The notes: generated from the sequence alone by a model not told the origin. Shown: positions 16,735 through 26,696, counted from the first letter of the stretch. The stretch: 64,000 nucleotides of DNA from Alphaproteobacteria bacterium (GCA_015062545.1 SUUL01000002.1:19175-83174); one strand, 5' to 3'. Numbers and translations: made by a program.

Positions 16735-17097
16735 TTATCTCAATTTCTGTTGGCCGATTTGTGCACGGATTTTATTTTCTTTGTACAGGCGACGAATGTC
16801 CTTTATTGAACGATTGTTCACATATCGCAGACAACCGCCATCACACTTTAATGTATCGCCAGGCTGGATATACTCACATACAGCATTACCGTACTGAAAA
16901 ATTCTCTCTTTCTTATCTGCCAGTCCATCACCATCAATATCGATATAAACAGACTTGCCTTTTTTATCTACAACTGTTGATTTTTCAGGCATATCTAAAT
17001 TTACTATTGCAATGACACTGGTTGTTATAACACCAGCCATCAACAATACCAGACACCCTTGCGCATCGATGTTGGCTTTTTGTCTACGTTCACTCAT
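16735..17097 (-). CDS. Small membrane-anchored protein with DIDGDGLAD motif, tandem paralogue 3
   Basis: 120 aa. TM anchor instead of a lipobox. Ends QQKLR. Confidence 0.65.
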   Translation of the reverse strand: MSERRQKANIDAQGCLVLLMAGVITTSVIAIVNLDMPEKSTVVDKKGKSVYIDIDGDGLADKKERIFQYGNAVCEYIQPGDTLKCDGGCLRYVNNRSIKDIRRLYKENKIRAQIGQQKLR

Positions 17098-17111
17098 TTT
17101 TTATCCCTTTA

Positions 17112-18008
17112 TTATTTACCAAAATCCAATCCTTGGTCGGTGTAGTTTTCGGCTTTTTCTTCCCAGTCTGGTTCAACGCGCACAAACAAATGCAGGCGCG
17201 CGTTCACGCCCCATTGGTCTTGGATGTCATGACGGGCGGCGGTGCCGATTTGTTTCAGTTGCGTGCCACCCTTGCCCACAACAATCTTTTTATGCCCGTC
17301 ATTACGGACGGCAATTTTTTGATATATGTCCAAGACACCTTCGTCATCAACGTCAACGCGTTCGGTCACAACGTTGATATGATATGGTAATTCTTGGTGA
17401 ATGTATTTATAAATCTTTTCGCGGGTTAATTCCGCCAAATACAATTCATCTGGCACATCGGGCGCGTCAACCGTATCAAATAAATATGGCGATTCCGGCA
17501 TTACATCTGCCAAGGATTTCAACATTGGTTCAATACCGTCATTTTTCAGCGCAGAAATCATAAAGATTTCACGCCAAGGTGCCATTTGGGAAATCTGCGC
17601 CACCATTGGCAACAGTTCTAATTTTGGAATCGCATCAACCTTGTTTAATGCAACAAAAATATTTGGGCGGTCTTTGATTTTTTCTGCCAGCGCACTTATC
17701 GTTTCTGTTATCCCCTTTTGCGCATCAATCAGCAGTAATACCGCATCGGCATCCGCCACCGCATCCATAGCCGCCGCGACCATCGCCCTGTCCAATCTGC
17801 GCGAAGGCTTGAAAACACCGGGGGTATCCACGAAAATCAGTTGTTTTGCCCCAATCATCTTGACCGCACGCAGACGTGTGCGCGTTGTTTGCACCTTGTG
17901 CGAAACAATGGCGACTTTGCGCCCCATGATTTGATTTAGTAATGTACTTTTGCCCGCATTTGTCGGGCCGATAATAGCCACAAAGCCTGAGTATGTTTTT
18001 TCTGTCAT
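17112..18008 (-). CDS. era: GTPase Era
   Basis: Start trimmed to MTEKTYSGFVAIIGPTNAGKST (G1). DTPG (G3), NKVD (G4), C-terminal KH domain. Confidence 0.93.
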   Translation of the reverse strand: MTEKTYSGFVAIIGPTNAGKSTLLNQIMGRKVAIVSHKVQTTRTRLRAVKMIGAKQLIFVDTPGVFKPSRRLDRAMVAAAMDAVADADAVLLLIDAQKGITETISALAEKIKDRPNIFVALNKVDAIPKLELLPMVAQISQMAPWREIFMISALKNDGIEPMLKSLADVMPESPYLFDTVDAPDVPDELYLAELTREKIYKYIHQELPYHINVVTERVDVDDEGVLDIYQKIAVRNDGHKKIVVGKGGTQLKQIGTAARHDIQDQWGVNARLHLFVRVEPDWEEKAENYTDQGLDFGK

Positions 18009-18117
18009 ACCCAGACAATAGCACACCAAAATGAAAAGTGAATAAAAATCTTGAAAAAATTTGAATATATTGATATGAATTCTGTTGTGGGTGGGAACAA
18101 CAGAAAAGGAAATAAAA

Positions 18118-18825
18118 ATGCAATTAACCGGACCAGAAATCCTGTACCGTATGCAAGACAAAGCACACCCAGACATCGTCATACGACCATTTGATAAACG
18201 CTGTTTGGGATCAAATAGTTACGATTTGCATTTGGCAGATACTTTGCGTGTATATAAGCATACAATCCCCAAAGGTATGAAACCCGCAATTCCGTACAAG
18301 GGCAGTTTTGGTATGCACCATATGAAGGATTGGTTTGAACATCCAACCGCATACGCAAATTATTGCAGAACACCGGGGGATTTCGACCCACGCAACCCAC
18401 GATTTTTAATTGACCCAACAAATCCGGCACACCACGAAACAATCGATATAAAAATTCCAGAAACAGGCCTGGTATTATCGCCAGACGTTGGTTATTTGGG
18501 GTCAACAGTTGAATATACCGAAACACGTAATTTGTTCCCTTATATTGACGGAAAATCCAGTGTTGGGCGTAATTTCATCTTAAATCATCACACGGCGGGT
18601 CGCGGTGATGATGGGTTCTGTGGTGAATGGACATTGGAAATACGCGTTTTGTACCCAACGGTTGTTTATCCATACATGCGCATCGGCCAGATTTATTACG
18701 AAGAGTTTACAGGCGACCGTATGCCATACAACGAAAACCCACACAGTCATTACAACGGTCAACGCGGTCCAACCGCCGCCGCAGTTATCCCCATAGATAA
18801 ATTCTTGCAGGAAAAAGTACGCTAA
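18118..18825 (+). CDS. dcd: dCTP deaminase family protein (dUTPase fold)
   Basis: Start trimmed to MQLTGPEIL after RBS AAAGGAAA. GKSSVGRNFILNHHTAGRGDDGFCGEWTLEI matches the Dcd core. Confidence 0.8.
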   Translation: MQLTGPEILYRMQDKAHPDIVIRPFDKRCLGSNSYDLHLADTLRVYKHTIPKGMKPAIPYKGSFGMHHMKDWFEHPTAYANYCRTPGDFDPRNPRFLIDPTNPAHHETIDIKIPETGLVLSPDVGYLGSTVEYTETRNLFPYIDGKSSVGRNFILNHHTAGRGDDGFCGEWTLEIRVLYPTVVYPYMRIGQIYYEEFTGDRMPYNENPHSHYNGQRGPTAAAVIPIDKFLQEKVR

Positions 18826-18852
18826 AAAAAAATCCCGCGATTGCGGGATTTC
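18826..18852. terminator. Bidirectional terminator between dcd and the XRE regulator
   Basis: AATCCCGC-GATT-GCGGGATT flanked by an A-run and a T-run. Confidence 0.7.
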
Positions 18853-19278
18853 TTATTCTTTGTTCTGCTTGTTCAATGCGTTTACCATTTTCATTATCAA
18901 GTCGCGCTGATTATCCGCAGGCAATTTCCAATATGCCATTAACAAACGCAAAGATTCATTTTTGGCCAATGGATCAAATGGTGTTTGGTCGCCAACATGC
19001 ACCTTGGGCCAATGACCATTACGGGGTTCGCGTTCCATGTGTCCAGGCAGCCCAGCAAAGAAAAAAGATACAGGTGTTTGCAAGGCAACACTAAGTTCAA
19101 ACAGGCGCGATGCTGCAATACGATTGCCCGCCGTTTCATACTTTTGAATCTGTTGAAATGTTACACCACACAACTTGGCCAAATCTTTCTGGGACAGCCC
19201 CATCATAGAGCGGCGCAGCTGCATGCGCTGACCAATATGTTCATCAATAGATGTTGGCGCAAAACGCTTTTTCGTCAT
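18853..19278 (-). CDS. XRE-family helix-turn-helix transcriptional regulator
   Basis: IGQRMQLRRSMMGLSQKDLAKLCGVTFQQIQKYETAGNRIAASRL. Confidence 0.85.
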   Translation of the reverse strand: MTKKRFAPTSIDEHIGQRMQLRRSMMGLSQKDLAKLCGVTFQQIQKYETAGNRIAASRLFELSVALQTPVSFFFAGLPGHMEREPRNGHWPKVHVGDQTPFDPLAKNESLRLLMAYWKLPADNQRDLIMKMVNALNKQNKE

Positions 19279-19402
19279 GTACTTAATCCCCCTGTAAAAA
19301 TATTTCCTTGTGATATGACATATTTTACACTTTTTTCTTTTGCTTTTGCAATCAAAAAACGGTTATGATACCATGTCAAATGATAGCATGAAGGGGAAGA
19401 AC

Positions 19403-20878
19403 ATGAAAAAACCATTGGTTCTGTGTATTATGGATGGGGTTGGAATAAACATCAATAGTGAAAACAATGCCGTCAAATTGGCTAAAATGCCTTTCTTTGA
19501 TGAATTATTGGAAAAATATCCACACTCGCAAATAAATGCCAGTGGTGTTGCCGTTGGATTGCCAGATGGCACAATGGGAAATTCCGAAGTTGGGCATATC
19601 ACAATGGGCGCAGGACGTGTTGTTAATCAATTCTTGCGCAGATTTCAGATTGAAAATTGGGATGAAAACCCCGCATTGAATGCATTTGTGAATACAGTTA
19701 AACATGATGGTGGTATTGTTCACTTGGCAGGATTGATGTCAGATGGACGTGTACATTCTGATATAAACGACATTATATTTATCGCCAAGAAAATATTGGG
19801 AATGGGGCTGCGTGTTTGTATTCACTTTGTGGCAGACGGACGTGATACACCACCAAAATCTGCACAGACATATATATCCTTGATTCAAGATAAATTAAAA
19901 GACGAATTGGCAGATGGGCGTGCGTTCTGGGGTACTTTGTCCGGACGTTATTGGACAATGGACAGAAACAACAATAACGACAGAACAGAATTGGCGTTCA
20001 ATGCAATCGCAAATGCCGTGGCAGAATATCATGCACCAACAATTAATGATGCGTTACAGGCGGCATACGAACGTGGCGAAACAGATGAATTTATCAAGCC
20101 AACCATTATTGATGGGGATGTGGCAATAACGCCAAAAGACGGGTTCCTGTTTGGCAATTACCGCAGTGATCGCGCACGTCAAATTATGCGCGCAATGCTG
20201 CAGACACAGGCGCATATATTATGCTTTTCACAATATGGCGAAGGTCTGAATGACAGTTGCCCCGCCCTGTTGCCCGATGAAGTAATAACTAATACGTTGG
20301 GGGATGTGTTGGCGGAACACGGATTGTCACAATTACGTATCGCAGAAACAGAAAAGTATAATCACGTGACTTATTTCTTTGATGCAGAAAGAAATATTGA
20401 TTTGAATGGTGAAAAGAAAGTATTGATTCCATCACCAGATGTTGCGACTTTTGATTTGAAACCTGAAATGTCTGCGGTGGAAATTACAGATGCCTTGTTG
20501 CCGATTTTGGGCGAATACGATGTAGTAATTCTGAACTGGGCAAATGGCGATATGGTTGGACATACCGGAAATATAGATGCCGCCGTGCGTGCAATGGAAA
20601 CGCTGGATGCGCAACTGGCGCGATTGGTTCCCGCGGTATTACAGTTGGGTGGTACATTATTGATTACAGCAGACCACGGTAATGCAGAACAAATGTGGGA
20701 CGATAAGAATAATGCCCCATGGACCGCGCATACAACAAATCCTGTGAACCTGATTGTGGTGTCAAACACACCGCCAACGCATGTCAGCGATGGTGGATTG
20801 GCGGATATTGCACCAACTATGTTAAAGATTCTGGGGATACAGCAACCAGAATGTATGACAGGAAAACCGTTAATATAA
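19403..20878 (+). CDS. gpmI: 2,3-bisphosphoglycerate-independent phosphoglycerate mutase
   Basis: Start trimmed to MKKPLVLCIMDGVG after RBS GAAGGGGAAG. GNSEVGH; ADHGNAE. Confidence 0.93.
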   Translation: MKKPLVLCIMDGVGININSENNAVKLAKMPFFDELLEKYPHSQINASGVAVGLPDGTMGNSEVGHITMGAGRVVNQFLRRFQIENWDENPALNAFVNTVKHDGGIVHLAGLMSDGRVHSDINDIIFIAKKILGMGLRVCIHFVADGRDTPPKSAQTYISLIQDKLKDELADGRAFWGTLSGRYWTMDRNNNNDRTELAFNAIANAVAEYHAPTINDALQAAYERGETDEFIKPTIIDGDVAITPKDGFLFGNYRSDRARQIMRAMLQTQAHILCFSQYGEGLNDSCPALLPDEVITNTLGDVLAEHGLSQLRIAETEKYNHVTYFFDAERNIDLNGEKKVLIPSPDVATFDLKPEMSAVEITDALLPILGEYDVVILNWANGDMVGHTGNIDAAVRAMETLDAQLARLVPAVLQLGGTLLITADHGNAEQMWDDKNNAPWTAHTTNPVNLIVVSNTPPTHVSDGGLADIAPTMLKILGIQQPECMTGKPLI

Positions 20879-20883
20879 AAAAT

Positions 20884-20911
20884 AATCTGCCATTGGGCAG
20901 GTTATTTTTTT
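20884..20911. terminator. Bidirectional terminator between gpmI and tadA
   Basis: AATCTGCC-ATTG-GGCAGGTT followed by T7; overlaps the tadA stop. Confidence 0.6.
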
Positions 20912-21348
20912 CTGCGTAACGCAAAGAATTCTTTTAACAGTTGGGCAGATTCCACGGCGTATTCTGGCACCTGATGAACATTTGGTTTCCACAGATGTTT
21001 GTCCGTTTCATAAATACGTGCGTTTGACGTTATGCCGCCCCCTTTGTCATCCGATGCCGCATAATAAATGTTGTTTATACGCGCAAAAGATATCGCGGTG
21101 GCACACATGGCGCACGGTTCCAGCGACACATATATGTCACAGCCGTCCAAGAATTTAGTCCCCAATTTTTTACATGCACGATTGATTGCAACAATTTCCG
21201 CATGCAGGGTTGGGTTCTTTTTCAACTGAACCTGATTTTCACCGCGGGCAATTATTTTGCCATCACGAACAATTACCGCACCAATTGGTACGTCTTCGTG
21301 TGAAAATGCGCGTATTGCACAAACAATGGCTTGATTCATAAATTTCAT
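20902..21348 (-). CDS. tadA: tRNA adenosine(34) deaminase
   Basis: HAEIVAI and PCAMCATAI (CDA zinc motifs). Confidence 0.92.
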   Translation of the reverse strand: MKFMNQAIVCAIRAFSHEDVPIGAVIVRDGKIIARGENQVQLKKNPTLHAEIVAINRACKKLGTKFLDGCDIYVSLEPCAMCATAISFARINNIYYAASDDKGGGITSNARIYETDKHLWKPNVHQVPEYAVESAQLLKEFFALRRKK

Positions 21349-21365
21349 ACTTTATACTGTAATAC

Positions 21366-21926
21366 ATGGAATCAAAATTGCAAATTATTTCCGGTCAATA
21401 TCGCGGGCGTAAATTACGTCTGCCCGCAGGGGCGCGCCCAACACAAAATCGGGCGCGTATCGCACTGTTTAATATGTTGGAATCGGGTATAATTGATGGG
21501 GGCGCAGAAATACGTGTTTGGGATGCCTTTGCCGGCAGTGGTGCATTTGGATTGGAATGTCTGTCACGATATGCGGGGGCGCAAGTTATATTCACAGATG
21601 TTGCCCCGACATCAATCCAGACTGTACGTGATAATTTGGCAACATTGAATGTGGGGGCGCGTGCATCTGTGGTGCAAATGGATGCGATTGGCGCAATCGG
21701 GAAATATGCACAAAATACAGATTTAATATTCATTGACCCGCCATATACAGAATATGAACTGGGGATAAATTTTGTAAAAAAAGTGGCTAAGGTTGCCAAA
21801 TCTGGCACGATTTTAATCTGGGAACAGGAAACCGTCAATCGGGTCAGCCCAGATATTACACAATGGAACGTATTACGCGACAAGACATACGGCCGCGCCA
21901 GATTTTTAATTTTGCAAAAGATTTAA
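21366..21926 (+). CDS. rsmD: 16S rRNA (guanine966-N2)-methyltransferase
   Basis: GQYRGRKL, DAFAGSGAFGLE, IFIDPPY. Confidence 0.9.
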   Translation: MESKLQIISGQYRGRKLRLPAGARPTQNRARIALFNMLESGIIDGGAEIRVWDAFAGSGAFGLECLSRYAGAQVIFTDVAPTSIQTVRDNLATLNVGARASVVQMDAIGAIGKYAQNTDLIFIDPPYTEYELGINFVKKVAKVAKSGTILIWEQETVNRVSPDITQWNVLRDKTYGRARFLILQKI

Positions 21927-22032
21927 GTATAAAAATCCTTGATTTTATAAACTTTTTAAGTAATAATATGCCCCGCACAGCACCCTTGGAGGCTGTGAAA
22001 GTAAGTAAAACATGCTATAAAAGGATATAAAA

Positions 22033-22608
22033 ATGGCAATTAATATTAACGCAGAAATTCGCAACGTTGCTGGCAAGGGGGCCGCACGTAGCATCCGCAA
22101 TAACAAAAACGTCCCTGCAGTTATCTATGGGGAAAAGAAAGCCCCTGTCGCGATTGAATTGAACGGTCGTGAATTTGAAATGTTGCTGCAAACATCTGGA
22201 TTGCGGACTAAATTGTTCCAAATCAAAACAGCAGAAGGTACAGAAGATGCAATGCTGATGGATATTCAATATCACCCAGTAAGCGATGCTGTTATCCACG
22301 CAGACTTCAAACGTATTGACGTTAAAAAGCCTGTTAACGTGGTTGTACCTGTTGAAGTTATCAATGTAGAAACATCCAAGGGATTGAAATTGGGTGGTAC
22401 GTTGAACTTTGCAGTTCGCAAGGTTGCATTGCGTGGTTTGGTTGATGTTATCCCTGAAAAAATCATCATTGATTTGGCAGATTTGACAATCGGTGACGTG
22501 GTTCACGGTACTGACTTGGTATTGCCAAATGGTGTTGAATTGGGCTTGCATCAGGCAGAATTGGCATTCGCAACAATCGGCGGTAAAATGCCAGACGAAG
22601 CAAAATAA
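22033..22608 (+). CDS. rplY: 50S ribosomal protein L25/Ctc
   Basis: 191 aa. GKGAARSIRNNKNVPAVIYG and HPVSDAVIHADFKRI. Confidence 0.92.
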   Translation: MAININAEIRNVAGKGAARSIRNNKNVPAVIYGEKKAPVAIELNGREFEMLLQTSGLRTKLFQIKTAEGTEDAMLMDIQYHPVSDAVIHADFKRIDVKKPVNVVVPVEVINVETSKGLKLGGTLNFAVRKVALRGLVDVIPEKIIIDLADLTIGDVVHGTDLVLPNGVELGLHQAELAFATIGGKMPDEAK

Positions 22609-22609
22609 T

Positions 22610-22637
22610 AAAAACCGCCAGATGGCGGTTTTTTTCT
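22610..22637 (+). terminator. Terminator after rplY
   Basis: AAAACCGCC-AGAT-GGCGGTTTT followed by TTTC. Confidence 0.75.
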
Positions 22638-22663
22638 TGTTCCACGTTATTGTGGAACTTTTT

Positions 22664-23380
22664 TTATTCCAAAATCTGATTCTGTAAATCTATCAATTTC
22701 TGACAACCATCTTGCGCCATCGACATTAACTGGTTTAATTGTTCAGATGTAAATGGATGCTGTTCGCCTGTGGCCTGAATTTCAATGAAACGACCATCAT
22801 CAGACATTACAAAGTTAGAATCCATTTCGGCAACACAATCTTCTTCGTAATCTAAATCCAGAATCAATTCGTTATTCCACAGCCCTGCAGATACCGCTGC
22901 AACATTTGCAGAAATTGGATTTTCGTTAATACGCCCCTGGGCCAGTAACCAACGCACCGCCAACGCCAGTGCAACAAAGCCCCCTGTTATACTGGCACAA
23001 CGTGTGCCACCATCGCCCTGAATAACGTCACAGTCAATCGTAATCGTATGACGGCCTAATTTTTCCATATCAACAACGCTGCGCAGGGAACGCCCAATCA
23101 AACGAGAAATTTCAACCGCACGATTGTCTTTGGTCATCGCTTCGTGACTTTTACGCGTGCCATTTGCACGGGGCAGCATTGAATATTCCGCCGTCACCCA
23201 ACCACCAGTTTTGTTCTGAATACGTTTCCAGGTTGGCTGATTAAAGTCAACAGATGCAGTACACAAAACATGTGTGCCACCCATTTTTATTAGGCATGAC
23301 CCTTCGGCCCATTTGTTTATGCCTGTTTCCATGGACACAGGGCGCATTTGGTTTGACTTTCTGAGTGACGGACGCAACAT
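22664..23380 (-). CDS. rph: Ribonuclease PH
   Basis: 238 aa. GWVTAEYSMLPRANGTR; DCDVIQGDGGTRCASITG. Confidence 0.95.
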   Translation of the reverse strand: MLRPSLRKSNQMRPVSMETGINKWAEGSCLIKMGGTHVLCTASVDFNQPTWKRIQNKTGGWVTAEYSMLPRANGTRKSHEAMTKDNRAVEISRLIGRSLRSVVDMEKLGRHTITIDCDVIQGDGGTRCASITGGFVALALAVRWLLAQGRINENPISANVAAVSAGLWNNELILDLDYEEDCVAEMDSNFVMSDDGRFIEIQATGEQHPFTSEQLNQLMSMAQDGCQKLIDLQNQILE

Positions 23381-23503
23381 AATAAAATCCTTTGGTTTTA
23401 ATGTTTTTGTATATTATATCGGTGGATATAAATTTTGCAATTTTTTTTGGGTTTGATTTTTTGTATAATATTATATATGCTATGATTCCGAAAAAGGATT
23501 TTT

Positions 23504-24526
23504 ATGTCAGTCAAGGCAAAGCGTCTTTTGAAACGCATCGTTAATTATTCAGGTATCTTCTTCTTTATATTGGCGGCAGGTATGCTGTGGTGGCAGTTGC
23601 GCGATTACAGTTTATCAGATATTGCGCATGCCATCTTGGACATTCCAATTACACACCTGATTTTCGCATGTATTGCGTGTTTTGGTGCGTATTTTATATT
23701 ATCACTGTATGATTATTTGGCACTGAAGTACGTTGGTGGCAAGGTGTCATGGTGGAAATGGATGCTGGCGGGGATGTTGGGGTTCGCAATCAGTAACAAT
23801 GCCGGAAATGCCGCGGTCAGTGGTGGTGCAATTCGGTACAGGTTATATACCCGCTGGCGTATTCGTGGTAGCGATATTGTAAAGATGCTGACTTTTTCCG
23901 GTTTTACATATTTCTTGGGTGCGTCTGCGATTGTATTGGTTGGATATTTCTTGATTCCAGATATGGCAACAGATGAATCTGTTGGGCTTAGCATGGGCTT
24001 GAACACATTATTTATTATATGCGCCACTGTATTACTGACCTACTTTGCGTTGACGATATTCTTGCGCGATAAATGGGTCAAGATTGGCGAAATCAAGTTT
24101 CACGTTCCATCTTTCAAGACCGCAGTAATTCAGACATTGTTGGGAATAACAGACAGTGTGTTGACGGGGCTGGTATTGTATTCTTGTATGGTGCCATTTG
24201 TACATATTCCGTTTGGTACATTTATCGGTTTGTTTGTTATTGCCCAAGCCACAGGTATATTCAGTCAAGTTCCTGGGGGTATCGGTGTATTTGAGAGTAT
24301 ATTCCTGATGGCCCTGCCCGATGGCGTGGACAAGGCTAATATATTTGGCGCACTGTTGGCATACAGAATTATTTACTATGTTTTACCACTGATGGGTATT
24401 GGCAGTTTGTTCTTTGTTTATGAAAGATGGTTGCGCGCAAAAATGAAACAATGGCTGGCCGAAGCCAAGGAAAAAATTCCCGCCAAAATCAAAAGCATAA
24501 AATCAGAAATTAAAATTAGAAAATAA
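23504..24526 (+). CDS. Lysylphosphatidylglycerol-synthase-TM-region/UPF0104 family membrane protein
   Basis: 340 aa, about 8 hydrophobic spans. GGAIRYRLY and PGGIGVFE motifs typical of the flippase-like domain. Confidence 0.7.
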   Translation: MSVKAKRLLKRIVNYSGIFFFILAAGMLWWQLRDYSLSDIAHAILDIPITHLIFACIACFGAYFILSLYDYLALKYVGGKVSWWKWMLAGMLGFAISNNAGNAAVSGGAIRYRLYTRWRIRGSDIVKMLTFSGFTYFLGASAIVLVGYFLIPDMATDESVGLSMGLNTLFIICATVLLTYFALTIFLRDKWVKIGEIKFHVPSFKTAVIQTLLGITDSVLTGLVLYSCMVPFVHIPFGTFIGLFVIAQATGIFSQVPGGIGVFESIFLMALPDGVDKANIFGALLAYRIIYYVLPLMGIGSLFFVYERWLRAKMKQWLAEAKEKIPAKIKSIKSEIKIRK

Positions 24527-24531
24527 ATACC

Positions 24532-24561
24532 TTGCGAATACATATTATGTCATGTTAGAAT
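24532..24561 (+). promoter_or_regulatory. Candidate promoter for rne, giving a ~165-nt 5' UTR
   Basis: TTGCGA-18 nt-TAGAAT. Confidence 0.4.
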
Positions 24562-24732
24562 GGCACTTGTGTATGATATGGGGTTTATAATAAGTGCTTG
24601 TATTATCACTGATTTCAACAATTCGCATGGCACCTTTTGGTATCGTGGTGCAATCCCTTGGCATGGGCATGGACGCCCCATGGGGACGGGTTGTTGCCAA
24701 GACATACACCGCCAAAACAAAAGGATTATTAA

Positions 24733-26526
24733 ATGTCAAAAAAAATATACGTGGATGCAGTCCACCCAGAAGAAACACGTGTTGTGGTTCTGGATACTGC
24801 AACGAATCGTGTTTCTGATTTTGATGTTGAAACCACGACCAAGCCACAGATTAAGGGAAATATCTATCTGGCCAAGGTTATCCGTGTTGAACCATCATTA
24901 CAGGCGGCATTTGTTGATTATGGAACTGGGAAAAATGGTTTCTTGCCGTTTTCTGAAATCCATCCAGATTATTATCAGGTGACCGCTGAACAGAAAAAGA
25001 AATTATTAGAACTGGCGCATGCCAATATCGTTGATGACGATGACGATCCAAATGACGAAGAGGACGAAGTCGCAGAATACGATGATCACAGCGCAGGTGA
25101 AGATAACAAAGAATTTGCAAAACGCGCACGCGAATTCAAGATTCAAGACGTTATCAAGCCAAAGCAAATATTGCTGATTCAAGGTGTAAAAGAAGAACGT
25201 GGGCAAAAAGGCGCGTCCATGACAACATACTTGTCATTGGCGGGACGTTTTGCGGTTCTGATGCCTAATTCACGCAAGCGCAACAGTTATGGTATATCCA
25301 AGAAGATTTCAGACAAGGCAGAACGCGCAAGATTACGTGACGTGTTGCACGCCCTGAAAATTCCCAAGGGTATGACCGTTGTTTTGCGTACCGCGGCAAT
25401 GGGTGCATCACCTGCAGATATTACGGCGGACTATGATTATCTGGTGAATTTGTGGAATGAAATCCGCAAAACAACACTGGAATCCGTTGCGCCGGTAACA
25501 ATTCATACCGAAGATTCTTTGTTGCGCCGTGTTGTACGCGATTTCTTGAGTGACAAAGAAGATGTCTTGGTCATCCAAGGCGAAGAAGCGTACGATGCCG
25601 CAAAACAGTACTTTCAGCAGATGTACGGTCGCGCCCCACGCAAGCAGTTGGTGCACTATAAAGATGCCGCCGTGCCATTGATGGTCAAGGCCGGTGTTGA
25701 AAAGCAGTTGGAAGGCTTGCATGGGCCATACGTTCAGTTGCCATCTGGTGGGTCTTTGGTTATTAACCAGACCGAAGCAATGGTTACGATTGACGTTAAC
25801 TCTTCACGCGCAATCAAGGAAAAAGATATTGAACAAACCGCACTGAACACCAATTTAGAAGCAGCCGAAGAAATCGCATTACAATTACGTTTGCGTGACT
25901 TGGCGGGGATTGTGGCGGTTGACTTTATTGACATGGAAGAAGAAAAGAACAACCGTAAATTGGAACTGAAAATGCGCGAAGTTATGAAGCGCGACCGCGC
26001 ACGCACACAGGTTGCAAAAATTAATAACTTTGGTGTGTTGATGTTGTCACGTCAAAGACTGCGCAGCAGTTTCATGGAATCTTCGTATGTGGCATGTCCG
26101 CATTGTATGGGTGCAGGTGTTGTTCCATCAATTCAGACGGCTGCAATTATTCTGTTCCGTCATTTGCAAGAAAAACTGTTGGCGAAATCTGCCCAGAAAA
26201 TCATTATGACTGTTCCAACAGACGTTGCGGTTTATCTGTTGAATCACAAACGTGCAGAATTGGCAGAAATGGAAGCCAAGTTTGAAACCGAAATTGTGAT
26301 TGTTGGCGATGACAGTTTGATGAATATTGATCAATATTCAATTCAACGCGTTGCCCCAGAACAGAATAAAACAGAAGACTTGTTGGGTGCGTATGCGCCA
26401 TCAACGGATGCGAAAAAGAAAAACGCGCAACATGTTGATGCGAAAAAGACAACTGTATCTGCACAGCGGCGCAAGCGCAAAAAACAACAAAAGAAGAAAA
26501 CTTTCTGGCAAAAATTGGTCAGTTAA
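24733..26526 (+). CDS. rne: Ribonuclease E/G family endoribonuclease (short form)
   Basis: 597 aa. S1 domain GNIYLAKVIRVEPSLQAAFVDYG, DNase-I-like and Zn-link CPHCMGAG, Lys-rich tail. Confidence 0.9.
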   Translation: MSKKIYVDAVHPEETRVVVLDTATNRVSDFDVETTTKPQIKGNIYLAKVIRVEPSLQAAFVDYGTGKNGFLPFSEIHPDYYQVTAEQKKKLLELAHANIVDDDDDPNDEEDEVAEYDDHSAGEDNKEFAKRAREFKIQDVIKPKQILLIQGVKEERGQKGASMTTYLSLAGRFAVLMPNSRKRNSYGISKKISDKAERARLRDVLHALKIPKGMTVVLRTAAMGASPADITADYDYLVNLWNEIRKTTLESVAPVTIHTEDSLLRRVVRDFLSDKEDVLVIQGEEAYDAAKQYFQQMYGRAPRKQLVHYKDAAVPLMVKAGVEKQLEGLHGPYVQLPSGGSLVINQTEAMVTIDVNSSRAIKEKDIEQTALNTNLEAAEEIALQLRLRDLAGIVAVDFIDMEEEKNNRKLELKMREVMKRDRARTQVAKINNFGVLMLSRQRLRSSFMESSYVACPHCMGAGVVPSIQTAAIILFRHLQEKLLAKSAQKIIMTVPTDVAVYLLNHKRAELAEMEAKFETEIVIVGDDSLMNIDQYSIQRVAPEQNKTEDLLGAYAPSTDAKKKNAQHVDAKKTTVSAQRRKRKKQQKKKTFWQKLVS

Positions 26527-26528
26527 GA

Positions 26529-26591
26529 AAATCCCCCATCCGGGCCCCGCGCAAATATTTATTTGCGTGGGTGGACATAGGGGGATTTTTT
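26529..26591 (+). terminator. Long compound terminator hairpin after rne
   Basis: AAATCCCCCAT...CGCGCAAAT-ATTT-ATTTGCGTG...ATAGGGGGATTTTTT. Confidence 0.7.
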
Positions 26592-26668
26592 GTCATTACT
26601 GCGCCCGGGTCCTGCCGCCGCAGGCGGTAACAAGAATCACAGATTCGTGTAAAAATATTGGCAGAGAA

Positions 26669-26696
26669 CCCCTGCCCCCTTGTGGGGCGGGTTTTT
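26669..26696 (+). terminator. Second plus-strand terminator (tandem terminator or 3' end of a small RNA)
   Basis: CCCCTGCCCC-CTTGT-GGGGCGGG followed by TTTTT. There is no U-run on the minus strand. Confidence 0.55.

Noticed and set aside
18009-18182. 58-aa N-terminal extension of era, and similar 5' extensions listed for gpmI, groEL, rpsD, fabI, HIT, ftsH and dcd
   Set aside because: The family N-termini align with internal Met codons that have RBS-like sequences. The extensions are hydrophobic or low-complexity read-through of intergenic DNA, and some use GTG starts.
24545-24982. ORFs of 100-140 aa in and around the rne leader
   Set aside because: They overlap the rne start and its 5' UTR, have no RBS and are Cys/His/Trp-rich nonsense. 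The region is better explained as a long structured 5' UTR.
26600-26610. Short shared motif TGCGCCCGGG near both ends of Cys-rich gene B (also at ~30185-30195)
   Set aside because: It is only ~10 nt with no extended flanking similarity, so it is compatible with chance.
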